Assembly (NCBI GenBank): GCA_041671645.1
Contig: JBAZBD010000001.1
Coordinates: 337,217 to 401,216, forward strand
From: Patescibacteria group bacterium
GTDB taxonomy: Bacteria > Patescibacteriota > UBA1384 > XYA2-FULL-43-10 > 1-14-0-10-43-13
Length of the DNA stretch: 64,000 nucleotides
Direction of reading: 5' to 3'
Below, piece after piece: positions 28,222 to 39,266 of this stretch. Every line of letters begins with the position of its first letter. The first letter of the stretch is position 1. The notes under the pieces were generated by a model, which did not search any database, was not told the DNA's origin, and was given only the letters and a program-made list of their open reading frames with translations. A program made the translations under genes and the position numbers.

Positions 28222-28280
28222 GATGCTCTTTCTTTTAAGATTTGATTTGTTATGATAATAATACATAAACAAGGAGAAAT

Positions 28281-29240
28281 ATGAAAATAAAAGAAATTTT
28301 TGAGCTTGCGATTCAGATCGGCATTGACAATGATCCACGAGGTCGCAAGAAAATCGAAAAGATACTTGCGAAGCGCAAGGAAGAATTTGACGAATTGCCA
28401 GAGAAAAAGAAAAAAGAGTACGATCTTGATCGGCTGACCAATCCATATTCCGATACCAACATCCAGTTTGTGCCTGATATGAACAAGGAAGTCAAAACCG
28501 TTTTGGTTGGGATTGATGCTGATCCATCCGAGATTCTTCTGGCAAATGAATTAAACAAACAGGGCAGGAAGATTGACCTTATCATCGGTCATCATCCGAT
28601 CGGAAAATCATTGGCCAATCTTGGCGACGTCATGGATATGCAAATTGATGTGATGGAGCAAGAGGGCGTGCCAGGCAATATTGCGGAGAAGATCATGGAA
28701 GAGCGAATTTCCCAAATTGGTCGAAGTGTCGCACCAGTGAACCATTATCAATCTGCGGACACCGCAAAATTGCTCAATATTCCGCTGGTAAATATTCATA
28801 CCCCAGCTGATAATTCCGTTTTCAAATACGTGAAAGAGATCATGGATAAGAAAAAGCCGGAAACCGTCGGTGAAATTGTCGATTTGCTCAAGGAGATTCC
28901 AGAATATGCGGAGGGAATGAGGCTGGCAATGGGGCCGGTCGTGTTTTCAGGCAGTGAAAAATCTCGTGCTGGCAAAATCCTTCTCGGAATGACCGGCGGG
29001 ACCGGAGGTAGCGAAAAGATTTATGAAAAACTTGGTCAATACGGCATCGGCACTGTGATCGATATGCACATCGGCGAAAAGCACAGGGAAGAAGCAGCCA
29101 AACATTATATCAACGTCGTGATCGCTGGTCATATGGCGAGTGATTCACTTGGCCTAAACATAATTATGGATGAACTCGAGAAGCGTGGGGTAGAGATTAT
29201 TCCATGTTCTGGATTCATCAGACATAGCAGAATTAAGTAG
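28281..29240 (+). CDS. Nif3-like dinuclear metal centre protein (DUF34/YqfO family)
   Basis: IIGHHP and VVIAGHMASDSLGL motifs of the NIF3 family. RBS aaggaga. Confidence 0.75.
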   Translation: MKIKEIFELAIQIGIDNDPRGRKKIEKILAKRKEEFDELPEKKKKEYDLDRLTNPYSDTNIQFVPDMNKEVKTVLVGIDADPSEILLANELNKQGRKIDLIIGHHPIGKSLANLGDVMDMQIDVMEQEGVPGNIAEKIMEERISQIGRSVAPVNHYQSADTAKLLNIPLVNIHTPADNSVFKYVKEIMDKKKPETVGEIVDLLKEIPEYAEGMRLAMGPVVFSGSEKSRAGKILLGMTGGTGGSEKIYEKLGQYGIGTVIDMHIGEKHREEAAKHYINVVIAGHMASDSLGLNIIMDELEKRGVEIIPCSGFIRHSRIK

Positions 29241-29310
29241 TATATTTTTGTTCTCTAGGGCCGACCCAGATAGCGCAATTTTATATCCAAAAAATCCCTT
29301 TCCCAAAATG

Positions 29311-29339
29311 TTGACAAAAGATCATTTTTGAGTTAACAT
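29311..29339 (+). promoter_or_regulatory. Putative 16S rRNA promoter (-35 TTGACA, 17 nt, -10 TAACAT)
   Basis: Consensus -35 at 29311..29316 and -10 at 29334..29339, about 230 nt upstream of the 16S 5' end. Confidence 0.5.
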
Positions 29340-29566
29340 CGATCTAGTCGCAAAAAGATATGGACTGTGGAAAACAAGGGGAATCGTTTTTTTTGCTTAA
29401 AAAAGCAGGAATTATTTATTTGCAGATGTTCTTTAACAACTAAATAGTGATGAGAACGCTTGAAGATCGTTTAATTCGCAAGAGTTAAACGAAATCAATT
29501 TTTTTGAGATTTTAAATTTTCTCGGCGCAAGTCGAGAAGCAAATAGAGTCACTCAAATTCTTTTTG

Positions 29567-31010
<1,444 letters not shown>

Positions 31011-31130
31011 CTAAGGAGCATCTCCCTCGATTTATCGAGGTGAGAGATGGTCGATCGCCTATCACTCGTTCTAAACGAGAGTGAGGCGAAACCTGCGTTC
31101 ATCATCACTATTTAGTTGCAAAAGAACTCT

Positions 31131-31159
31131 AAAAAAGAGCCCCTGGGCTCTTTTTTGTG
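31131..31159 (+). terminator. Intrinsic terminator immediately after the 16S gene
   Basis: aaaaaagagcccctgggctcttttttgtg with stem agagccc/gggctct and a T-run, about 120 nt after the 16S 3' end. Confidence 0.7.
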
Positions 31160-31341
31160 TCTATCTTAATTGACAAAAAAACAAAAAAAGTTTATAATAT
31201 TGCAGTCGAAATTAAGATTGGCAGAGATCAGTTATTCTTCGAAAAAATTAGGGGTTCAGGATAGAGCGAGACAGGAATTTCTCGATTTGTATTCTGAAGA
31301 ATAGCGTATTCTGCTCATTTCAATTTGAGGAGGGGCAAAAA

Positions 31342-31794
31342 GTGAGAGTAATTCGTTTAATAGGTGTTTTCGCTTTGTACATGGCGATCACAAACTGCGT
31401 ATTCAATTTGCTGACTGGAAACTATCTTGTCACAATTGAAGCCCTGGCAATGGGGCAGACTGAACGTTATCAGCATGATTTTGTGCTGATACAGGTGATG
31501 GGAATAATCCTATTTTGTCTACTGATCTGGACTGGTGTGCACTGGTCAAGGAAAGTGTTCAACGCCGATCCAATGAAATTATCGTCGCTCATCGCATCGG
31601 GAGTTGCGGGGATAATTGCCTTTCTGGTGTTAACAGTAGCGGCCCATCATGGGTTGTCCTATTACATGCCATTCACGTTAAGCAGCGTCTGGGATCTAAC
31701 GATCATAGCGATGCTCATAGCGACTTTTTCCTACGCTTGGATTTTCTATGGCCTCTACGGCCTGGGGATCATCTGTCGGCAGGTGGAAGTATGA
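31342..31794 (+). CDS. Membrane protein (hypothetical, 150 aa)
   Basis: GTG start after RBS ggagggg. Four predicted TM helices. Confidence 0.55.
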   Translation: MRVIRLIGVFALYMAITNCVFNLLTGNYLVTIEALAMGQTERYQHDFVLIQVMGIILFCLLIWTGVHWSRKVFNADPMKLSSLIASGVAGIIAFLVLTVAAHHGLSYYMPFTLSSVWDLTIIAMLIATFSYAWIFYGLYGLGIICRQVEV

Positions 31795-32123
31795 AGATAT
31801 CCGTGAAAACAGAAGAGAACACTGCGAATCCATTGCTTTATCGAGCGATCCGTATGCTCGAAAGTGGTGAGATAAATGTTCTTTCAGTTGTCTGGGAGAA
31901 AGAAGAAGGTTTCGATTTTCGGATCGAAGCCGAATACTTTCGTCCTGGAAACGCCAACTTCATTGTCTACGATGACGACGGCGAAATAATCGCCTCTGGT
32001 TGCAACTCGCAGGACCAGGGCGAAGAAGAGTTAGTTCCCTTCACTCGGGAGGGATTCCGCGAGTTTGCTCAGATGGCGAACGAAATGGGCTTTGTCGCCC
32101 AGAGCGGAAATTGGCCCAAATAG
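31791..32123 (+). CDS. Hypothetical protein (110 aa)
   Basis: ATGA overlap with the previous gene. The track ORF 31515..32123 is an upstream over-extension. Acidic. Confidence 0.5.
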   Translation: MKISVKTEENTANPLLYRAIRMLESGEINVLSVVWEKEEGFDFRIEAEYFRPGNANFIVYDDDGEIIASGCNSQDQGEEELVPFTREGFREFAQMANEMGFVAQSGNWPK

Positions 32124-32207
32124 GGCATAATTCCACCTCAGTCCACTGCGGATTGGGGGAGGAATCAGAGCGATTGAGATCTCAACGTTTCGATCTCTGT
32201 GAATTTC

Positions 32208-32237
32208 TAAAAAAGAGCCCCGAAGGGGCTCTTTTTT
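32208..32237 (+). terminator. Intrinsic terminator, paralogous to the one at 31131
   Basis: aaaaaagagccccgaaggggctctttttt. It has the same stem sequence family as the post-16S terminator. Confidence 0.65.
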
Positions 32238-32305
32238 ATGTTTGGAATCTAATTTACCCACATACCACTCTTCCCAGTTCAGCTTCGTTTCAGTATAATT
32301 ACCAC

Positions 32306-33280
32306 ATGAAGAATAAATACTCTTTCGGAAAATTCCTTTTCTTGTTGTTATTGGTGGTAGCGGGCTATGTCTTGTACAAGCAGTTTGATCAGTCGAAGCA
32401 GATTGCCGATGCTCTGATGGCAGGTGATTGGCGTTGGGTACTGCTAGCCGTGATCGTACAAGTTTTCTATTATCCGCTTTATGCCAAGTATCTCAAGATC
32501 TATTTCAACTTTTTCGGACTCAATTATACTTTCAGGAATTTGCTTCAGCTTTATTGTGCTTCCAAATTTACTGATGTTGCATTGCCTATCGCCACTGTCG
32601 GCAAAGTGGCACTCTTTAGCGCAGAGGCAAAAAAGGAGGACAAGCCAGTTGTCTCAGCGACTTTCGCCGCTCTGACTGTTGCGATCGGTGACCTAGCAAT
32701 TTTCTGGGTGATCGCATTACTCCCATTCCTTTTCTTCGGCGACAATCATGTTACTGCCGGATACTATAAAACTGCTTTTCTAGTTTTCACCTTGATAGTC
32801 TTTGTCCTGGGCACCTTGGCGCTTCTATATATGAAGAATCGCAAAGTCGGCAAGAAGGTTTTTGGCTGGCTGTCTGGGAGCCTGAGCAAATTTGGCATTG
32901 ATCTTCCAGGCGAAGAATCACCCAAGGTAAGCGGGCGAATTAGGGATTATTTGCCCAAAGCTTTTTATCTTGGGCTGGCATTGCAGGTTATTAATATTGC
33001 GACTTTGGCCCTGATATTGCTTGCGTTTGGCCAGGGTTCCCATCTGGGCCAAACATTAATTTTTTATGCTGTCGGCACTTTGTTTACGGTTGTTTCGATT
33101 ACTCCGCAGGGAGCTGGTGTGGCTGAGGGTGCGATGACATTGGCTATGACTAGCCTCGGCATCCCGGTCGGAAATGCTCTTCTGATCACGCTGGCTTATC
33201 GCGGTATTCTATATTGGATACCATTTCTTCTTGGTTTTTGGCCGTTCCACAAGCTCGATTTGTTCAATCAGAGCAAATAG
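32306..33280 (+). CDS. UPF0104 / lysyl-PG-synthase-TM-like (flippase-like) membrane protein
   Basis: Start at MKNKYSF (the track ORF begins 306 nt upstream). Eight or more TM helices. Topology resembles the YbhN/MprF TM-domain family. Confidence 0.5.
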   Translation: MKNKYSFGKFLFLLLLVVAGYVLYKQFDQSKQIADALMAGDWRWVLLAVIVQVFYYPLYAKYLKIYFNFFGLNYTFRNLLQLYCASKFTDVALPIATVGKVALFSAEAKKEDKPVVSATFAALTVAIGDLAIFWVIALLPFLFFGDNHVTAGYYKTAFLVFTLIVFVLGTLALLYMKNRKVGKKVFGWLSGSLSKFGIDLPGEESPKVSGRIRDYLPKAFYLGLALQVINIATLALILLAFGQGSHLGQTLIFYAVGTLFTVVSITPQGAGVAEGAMTLAMTSLGIPVGNALLITLAYRGILYWIPFLLGFWPFHKLDLFNQSK

Positions 33281-33387
33281 TTTGATCTCAAAAATTGACC
33301 TGTGCCCGGGTCTTTTTTGTTGACAACAAATCAATAAAGTTGTATCGTGTTCGGCATGACCCCAACGAGGGGAGTGGAGGGTAAAGC

Positions 33388-34149
33388 ATGTTGAATACAA
33401 GCAACATTATGCCGCTTATCTTGGCGGCAGGCACAAACTCAGATTTTCTGACTCACAGCGGCCAACCATATCCAGCGATGGCGATGTACCGCAACAAGCA
33501 TCTTTACGAATGGGTCCTCGCGGCTATCCGTGGGGCGGGGCTTCGAGGGGGTCTGATGATCACTGGACAGGACGGGGTTGATCCAAACTTCATCCGAACT
33601 CTTCGAGGCGGCGAGACGATGGCAGAAAGCCTGAAGATCGGCCTCAAAGAGGCTGGCAACGCAGAGTATGTTTTGATTGCTACTGCTGATTTGCCGGACA
33701 TCGCTCCACACGCCGTTCGATTCTTTCTTGAGGATGCGATATCGTCAAAGGCTGACATTGTCTACCCGGTTGTGCCAGCCGCACTTTGCGAAAAAGCATA
33801 TCCAGGTATGAAGCGGACACTTGTCAGGTTCCGCGAAGGTGTTTTTACCGGAGGGAATTTATTCCTGGTTCGTCGCCAGGCGATGCTCGACAATTGGGAA
33901 ACCATCACTGGTTTCCTGGAGCTACGCAAGAGCAAGTGGAAACTTGCTCGTAAGCTGGGGCTGGGAGTTATGGCCAAAATGCTTTGTGGTCTGCTGAGCT
34001 TGGCTGAAGTCAAGACAATCGCGGATCGACTTCTCGGCGCCAAGACGAAAGTCACTATATGTGATTTCCATGGTGCTGCCACTATCGGCGCTGACGCCGA
34101 TACCTGGGAACAGTATATGCGGTTCATAAACCGCAAACTTGAAACTTGA
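33388..34149 (+). CDS. MobA-like nucleotidyltransferase family protein
   Basis: N-terminal LILAAGTNS and ATADLPDI motifs of NTP-transferase (CofC/MobA-like) enzymes. A terminator hairpin follows at 34153..34185. Confidence 0.55.
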   Translation: MLNTSNIMPLILAAGTNSDFLTHSGQPYPAMAMYRNKHLYEWVLAAIRGAGLRGGLMITGQDGVDPNFIRTLRGGETMAESLKIGLKEAGNAEYVLIATADLPDIAPHAVRFFLEDAISSKADIVYPVVPAALCEKAYPGMKRTLVRFREGVFTGGNLFLVRRQAMLDNWETITGFLELRKSKWKLARKLGLGVMAKMLCGLLSLAEVKTIADRLLGAKTKVTICDFHGAATIGADADTWEQYMRFINRKLET

Positions 34150-34320
34150 TTTCTGACCGCCCTGTTTATCCGGGGCGGTATTTTATTGGGAAGGTTGAAA
34201 AAAGACGCATAATTTGGTATTATCTTAACGTTAACGAGGGCGTATAGACCCAAAGGGTGGCCTTCGGCCCTCATCTGTGACACTATGAGAGCACTTGTAC
34301 AATTCAGGAGTAATTTTGGA

Positions 34321-34397
34321 GGGCGTATAGCTCAGCTGGTTAGAGCGCGTCACTGATAATGACGAGGTCCATGGTTCGAGTCCATGTACGCCCACCA
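34321..34397 (+). tRNA. tRNA-Ile (GAU)
   Basis: Cloverleaf: acceptor gggcgta/tacgccc, D arm gctc-agctggttag-gagc, anticodon stem cgtca/tgacg with loop cuGAUaa, T arm catgg-ttcgagt-ccatg, encoded CCA. Promoter-like TTGAAA..TATTAT at 34194..34222. Confidence 0.9.
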
Positions 34398-34414
34398 AAA
34401 TTGCTTCTGTCGAT

Positions 34415-34463
34415 GTCACTGATAATGACGAGGTCCATGGTTCGAGTCCATGTACGCCCACCA
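34415..34463 (+). repeat. Direct repeat: exact 49 bp copy of the tRNA-Ile 3' half (anticodon stem to CCA)
   Basis: gtcactgataatgacgaggtccatggttcgagtccatgtacgcccacca duplicates 34349..34397 exactly, 17 bp downstream of the complete tRNA. Confidence 0.85.
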
Positions 34464-34536
34464 GAAAAAGAACACTATTTAGTAGCGTTCTTTTTTGTTT
34501 CTAGAGCGATTTTGATTCACATGTTATAATCTCATT

Positions 34537-35025
34537 ATGACAGATATTTTCATCTACATATCCATTCTGCTTATATTGCTTGCTAGCCTGGTCGGCGTCG
34601 TAATTCCTCTCTTGCCTGGAATTCCGCTAATGTTTGCGACTGTGTTTATCTACTCATTTTTGGACAAATTTGCTCATCTCACGACCTCGAATGTCGCAGT
34701 TTTTCTGATTTTGATGATAGCTTCTCTTTTTGTCGACTATTCTTCGGGACTGATCGGGGCCAAGATTGCGGGCGCCTCGAAAAAGGCAATCCTCGGTGGC
34801 ACGATTGGAACATTAATTGGCTTATTTTTCTTCCCGCCTCTTGGTGCTGTTCTGGGCTTATTTATCGGAGTATTAGTGGCGGAGGTCCTGCAAGGCGGCA
34901 AGAATCTTCGGAGGGCGGTCAAGGCGGCGACAGGGACTCTGCTTGGCAGCCTGGCCGGCGTCGTCACCAACCTCATGATTGGAATACTTTTTATCATCTT
35001 ATTTTCAATTTACTTTTTCCGATAG
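34537..35025 (+). CDS. DUF456 family membrane protein
   Basis: VIPLLPGIPLMF motif and Gly-rich TM helices typical of DUF456/YqgC. Confidence 0.6.
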   Translation: MTDIFIYISILLILLASLVGVVIPLLPGIPLMFATVFIYSFLDKFAHLTTSNVAVFLILMIASLFVDYSSGLIGAKIAGASKKAILGGTIGTLIGLFFFPPLGAVLGLFIGVLVAEVLQGGKNLRRAVKAATGTLLGSLAGVVTNLMIGILFIILFSIYFFR

Positions 35026-35095
35026 AACGGCCGATACGATTGTATATCCGAAAACTTTTCTATTATAATGATGGCATAATCATTTCTAATTTTCC

Positions 35096-36403
35096 TTGGA
35101 GGATACTTTGGCAACATTACGACATTTGGTGCTTCATATCAGACAGTATCGGTCCAAGCACAAGTTGCTTTATTTACTCTGCGGCATGATTGTTTTCTGG
35201 GCAGTTTTTGATGGAATAATTTCGTATATTACCCCGCTCCTTATCGTGGAGAGGGGAATTTCCAAGACGAATATGGGTCTAATCATCGGTTTGTCATCAC
35301 TGGCCGGCGCAATTTTCGACTTTATCATGTGCTGGATTTTCAAAAATGCGACACATCGTCGGATCTTGATAATCATGTTCGTGACATGTCTGCTCTACCC
35401 ATTGATTCTCTGGAAAGCCCACACCATGGGACTGTTTCTCTTGGCGATGGCGATTTGGGGATTTTATTATGACCTCCACAACATTTCAAATTTTGAATTT
35501 GTCGGCAATCACATGCCCAAGGCCGAGCACTCTTCTAGCTTTGGGTTAATCCACGTGGCCGGAGCTCTCGGCTATATGGTCGCGCCGATTTTGGCTGGGT
35601 TAATCGTCGGCTACGCAGTAGACTGGAAGCCGTTTGTGATGGCCTGGCTCTTTCTCTTAATCTCACTTTGTTTTTTTGCCGCATTCTCGGCTAGTCAGAA
35701 GAAGAAAGAGGAGGAAGTCGAGAGCCTTGATATCGGCGAGCGGATCAAGCCGATCAACCTGCTTCTCGAATTTAGTCTCTGGCATCGGATCGGCAAAGTA
35801 ATCGCTCCGATTCTAGTCTTGACCTGTCTGATCAATACAATCGATTCTTTTTTCTGGACTGTCGGGCCGCTTCTGGCCGAGAGTTTTGCCGAATATCATG
35901 AATTTGCCGGATTTTTCATGGTAGCTTTCACGCTTCCGCCGCTCCTAGTCGGCTGGGGGGTTGGATCTGTGACTGCCAAATACGGGAAGAAGAAGACTGC
36001 CTTTGCCGGGTTTATCCTCGGCTCTCTTATCCTCTCGTCGATGTTTCTGTTCAGTGAGCCAATCGCCTTGGCTGCCGTTGTCTTCCTGGCCTCTTCTTGC
36101 ATCGCTTTCTCTTGGCCAGCGATCAACGGCGTTTACGCCGATTTTATCGGCGAGACAGATTCACTTTCGCGCGAGGTTGAGAGCATGGGGGACTTTTTCG
36201 GCAACATCGGCTACATTATCGGACCGATATTGGCTGGTTTTCTAGCCGATCGGCTTGGCAATCAGGCTGCTTTTTCTGCTCTCGGAATCATATCAGCGAT
36301 AGTTGCGTTTATCCTGTTCCGGATGACTCCGAAACGAATCAAAATTGATACCGCGACCGATACTCCTAGCCACTTTGCAGCGGTCAACGAAATCGAATCC
36401 TAA
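35096..36403 (+). CDS. MFS transporter
   Basis: Twelve predicted TM helices with a long central loop. Confidence 0.7.
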   Translation: MEDTLATLRHLVLHIRQYRSKHKLLYLLCGMIVFWAVFDGIISYITPLLIVERGISKTNMGLIIGLSSLAGAIFDFIMCWIFKNATHRRILIIMFVTCLLYPLILWKAHTMGLFLLAMAIWGFYYDLHNISNFEFVGNHMPKAEHSSSFGLIHVAGALGYMVAPILAGLIVGYAVDWKPFVMAWLFLLISLCFFAAFSASQKKKEEEVESLDIGERIKPINLLLEFSLWHRIGKVIAPILVLTCLINTIDSFFWTVGPLLAESFAEYHEFAGFFMVAFTLPPLLVGWGVGSVTAKYGKKKTAFAGFILGSLILSSMFLFSEPIALAAVVFLASSCIAFSWPAINGVYADFIGETDSLSREVESMGDFFGNIGYIIGPILAGFLADRLGNQAAFSALGIISAIVAFILFRMTPKRIKIDTATDTPSHFAAVNEIES

Positions 36404-36501
36404 ACTTTTGTTCTAGACATTTTGCGGATAGAGATCTTCCGTCTATTTTAGCTTTGTGCTAATATCTTTTCTATATTCGGACATCAGGGGAGGTAATTGT
36501 T

Positions 36502-36900
36502 GTGACCGAAGAACTAATTATTGAGCGAGATTCTCGAGACGAAGGCGTTGATTCAGCACCCAAGCCGACGCATCGGCGAATGTCGCCATATTATCACTGG
36601 ACGGAACCATTAGGGGTTCTGCTCTACGAGACTCTCAATATCGTTGATCCGAAATCGGACCCGAGCATTGCAGTGCGCGTTGGCCTGCTCGAAGAAACTT
36701 ACCCGATCCTTACGGACCGGATTTGGAAATTGATCGAATCGGCCAAGGATCCGATTTGTTTCAGTCGGAGTGCTGATGTTCGTCTGGTTTTCTTCGCTCA
36801 GACCGAAGAAGGACAGCAGGCCACATCCAAGATGTACCACGTTTACTTGCCGCTTGATGCGGTAGAACTTCACAATCTCCTCCAGAGAGAGCGTGTCTAA
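36502..36900 (+). CDS. Hypothetical protein (132 aa)
   Basis: GTG start after RBS ggggagg. Terminator gccagccc..gggctggc at 36907..36937. Confidence 0.45.
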   Translation: MTEELIIERDSRDEGVDSAPKPTHRRMSPYYHWTEPLGVLLYETLNIVDPKSDPSIAVRVGLLEETYPILTDRIWKLIESAKDPICFSRSADVRLVFFAQTEEGQQATSKMYHVYLPLDAVELHNLLQRERV

Positions 36901-36951
36901 CTTTTCAGCCAGCCCCTTCCCAGGGCTGGCAATTTTATTTATAATAAGTCT

Positions 36952-37143
36952 ATGAATTTCTTATACTTTCTGATGTGCGCCGCGGTTGGTTTTGCCTTGC
37001 TCCGCTATTTCAAGTGGTTTACCGATAGTACTGGCCGTATCGGTTGGATCGAAGAACACGCCGGCGCTGGCATGACCTATACTTTCTGGCAGGTGATGGG
37101 AGTAGCCTCGATCGCTTTCGGATTTTATCTCTTATTCCAATAG
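36952..37143 (+). CDS. Small membrane protein (63 aa)
   Basis: Two hydrophobic helices. Followed by a perfect 14 bp-stem hairpin at 37164..37197. Confidence 0.4.
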   Translation: MNFLYFLMCAAVGFALLRYFKWFTDSTGRIGWIEEHAGAGMTYTFWQVMGVASIAFGFYLLFQ

Positions 37144-37163
37144 GTTCGCTTTATCTGCGAGAT

Positions 37164-37197
37164 AATGAAACACCTCACATATGTGAGGTGTTTCATT
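37164..37197. terminator. Perfect palindromic hairpin (bidirectional terminator), member of the AAACACCTCA repeat family
   Basis: aatgaaacacctcacatatgtgaggtgtttcatt. It lies between convergent genes and shares its stem sequence with 12921..12965. Confidence 0.6.
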
Positions 37198-37234
37198 GGA
37201 TGTGACAAAATTGTGATTGCGGACGACAATGGAA

Positions 37235-37762
37235 CTATTGATTTGCAGATTTTGCTTCTGCAACCTTCCCTCGGAATTCAGCTACAAATTGTTTGTACTC
37301 TTCTGTCCATGTTGGTAGTAGGCCGGGGTTAGCTTCGAAAGTAGCAGCAGCCATCGCTTTTTCAACGTAAATCAATAATTCCTCTTCGAGAAAGTCATGA
37401 TTGCCGCCGATATACTTATTGTCTAGAAACACTCCCGAATCGAAAGTGCGAGAACCTAGAGGAGTGAAGGCAACGGTCACATTGTGACCGTTTATATTTT
37501 GTTCAGCTACAAACTTGCCAGCACCATAATATCCCGCTGGCTCAAATTCAGCCTGACTGGCATCGACATCTCGGCCCAGATTTAGTTGTTGCCTGCTAAG
37601 CCCTTCGACTTGTTGCTCTGCTGGCCTCTTGGATACGGAAAATCCTAGTCCCTCTAGCAGGGAGACTGCTTGTTTCTCTCTTTTCTCCAATAGTTCTGCT
37701 TCGCTAGGTTTATCAATCGCGAGGCTAGCATCGTCAGGCATACCTGTATCTTTGAACATCAT
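37235..37762 (-). CDS. Hypothetical protein (175 aa)
   Basis: Clean ORF. No family recognised. Confidence 0.5.
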   Translation of the reverse strand: MMFKDTGMPDDASLAIDKPSEAELLEKREKQAVSLLEGLGFSVSKRPAEQQVEGLSRQQLNLGRDVDASQAEFEPAGYYGAGKFVAEQNINGHNVTVAFTPLGSRTFDSGVFLDNKYIGGNHDFLEEELLIYVEKAMAAATFEANPGLLPTWTEEYKQFVAEFRGKVAEAKSANQ

Positions 37763-37943
37763 TTTCCTTTGTTAATAATTGTCTGATTATAGAATACTAT
37801 TTTGGAATAAAAAGGCAATCGTCATCCTGAGAATCAAAAAAACACCATGGCAAGCATGATGCATTTTTGGTGGAACGCAGTATTGCAAGTCAGAACTATA
37901 ATACTAAATAGCAAGGAACAAATTTATATTCCGAAAATGAGAA

Positions 37944-38450
37944 TTAAAACAATTTGTCTCTAGTCCCGATATCACTTAGCTCGGGGTCAATTTCCCTGAC
38001 ATGAAAGTCTGATTCAATAAAAGATTTTGTTTCTCCATCAAAAACCGCTCGTCCATCGAAGTCTTTTCCTTCAAAAAATAGTGGCATCCAATTTCTATCA
38101 GCAGGCCACATATTATCATAAGGAATTTCTTCTTTTAAAAACCATTTGGGTGCCATTTCTTCTGTTTCCTTTGGTTGACCTTCATATTCGGTTACTTCAA
38201 AAATATGCATTTCAACCTCTTCATCAGTTCCATCGAAAAAAAATTCTATTACGGCTCTTTCTTTGAAAACTTTTGCAATAATTCCTGATTCTTCTTGAAG
38301 CTCACGAACCATGGCCTCTTCGATGGCTTCTCCTTCTTGAACTTTTCCGCCATAACCATTCCACCAACCCTCACCAGAACCACGCTTCTTCATTGCAAGA
38401 AGAGTTTTATTTCCATCCTCAATAATTGAAAGGGTAGTGATTTGTCTCAT
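37944..38450 (-). CDS. Nudix hydrolase, MutT/MTH1-like (8-oxo-dGTPase-type)
   Basis: Nudix box GGKVQEGEAIEEAMVRELQEESGI. The WNGYGGKV context resembles NUDT1/MTH1. Confidence 0.8.
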   Translation of the reverse strand: MRQITTLSIIEDGNKTLLAMKKRGSGEGWWNGYGGKVQEGEAIEEAMVRELQEESGIIAKVFKERAVIEFFFDGTDEEVEMHIFEVTEYEGQPKETEEMAPKWFLKEEIPYDNMWPADRNWMPLFFEGKDFDGRAVFDGETKSFIESDFHVREIDPELSDIGTRDKLF

Positions 38451-38568
38451 TTTTTCAATTATATCACAGTTCTAACTCTTGTTTATTATAATAAAAAGAC
38501 TAATCTATCTGGCCCTTCGACAAGCTCAGGGTCATAAAAAATACATCAATAAATTGATGTATTTTTTA

Positions 38569-38644
38569 TGGTGGACCCTACAGGATTCGAACCTGCGACA
38601 TCCTCGTTGCAAACGAGGCGCTCTACCAACTGAGCTAAGGGCCC
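38569..38644 (-). tRNA. tRNA-Ala (UGC)
   Basis: Reverse complement gggcccttagctcagttggtagagcgcctcgtttgcaacgagg...agggtccacca. G3:U70 identity pair, anticodon loop uuUGCaa, encoded CCA. A perfect hairpin aaaaatacatcaat..attgatgtattttt lies just 3' of it at 38535..38568. Confidence 0.9.
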
Positions 38645-38703
38645 TGAAACGAGAGTATTATAACAAAAAAATCAGTCCTGATCAATAAGCGATAGCTTTT
38701 CGA

Positions 38704-39147
38704 ATGAGCGTGTGGTATAAAGAAAAAAAATCCAAAAAAAGTGAGGGTACTATCGTGAGGATTGGAAAACATCTGCAGAAGAAAAAATTTCCTGGCGAAA
38801 TTATTCGTCAGAGCACTGCCAAGGTTCGTCCGAATGTGCGCGAGTACACGGAGAAAGTCCAGGAGCAACAAGCGGAGAGAAGAGCCGCAGAGAAAGTAGT
38901 TGAGGCCAACCGGCCTCCATTGCCACCTCCACGTCCATCGCCAGTCAGCGTATCGCCGAACATTCAGTCTCGGATTTTAGATTTCCTGGAACGGCGACCA
39001 GCAGTTGAGTGGTATGACTACGAGTTATACGGGGCGTTCGGGGTTGGTTTGGGCGAAATACAAGCCGCGATCAGGGCACTTGGGACAAATGCGAATGTAC
39101 ATATTAGCCAAGATGGCGATACATGGGGCATCCAGCGTTGTCGCTGA
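38704..39147 (+). CDS. Hypothetical protein (147 aa, basic N-terminus, Pro-rich linker)
   Basis: ORF with uncertain start. No family recognised. Confidence 0.4.
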   Translation: MSVWYKEKKSKKSEGTIVRIGKHLQKKKFPGEIIRQSTAKVRPNVREYTEKVQEQQAERRAAEKVVEANRPPLPPPRPSPVSVSPNIQSRILDFLERRPAVEWYDYELYGAFGVGLGEIQAAIRALGTNANVHISQDGDTWGIQRCR

Positions 39148-39266
39148 GCAATTTAGGATATCCAGGGCGTGCAGTTTCTCTGCACGCCTTATTTATTTCG
39201 ATTGAATACTTCGAAAAAATGATATATTATAACTATCGTTTAAAATATTAATTTTTATAGAGAAGA

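Noticed and set aside
34231-34461. Minus-strand 76-aa ORF with repeated GVHGLEPWTSSLSVT
   Set aside because: It is the antisense translation of tRNA-Ile and its duplicated 3' half, not a protein gene.
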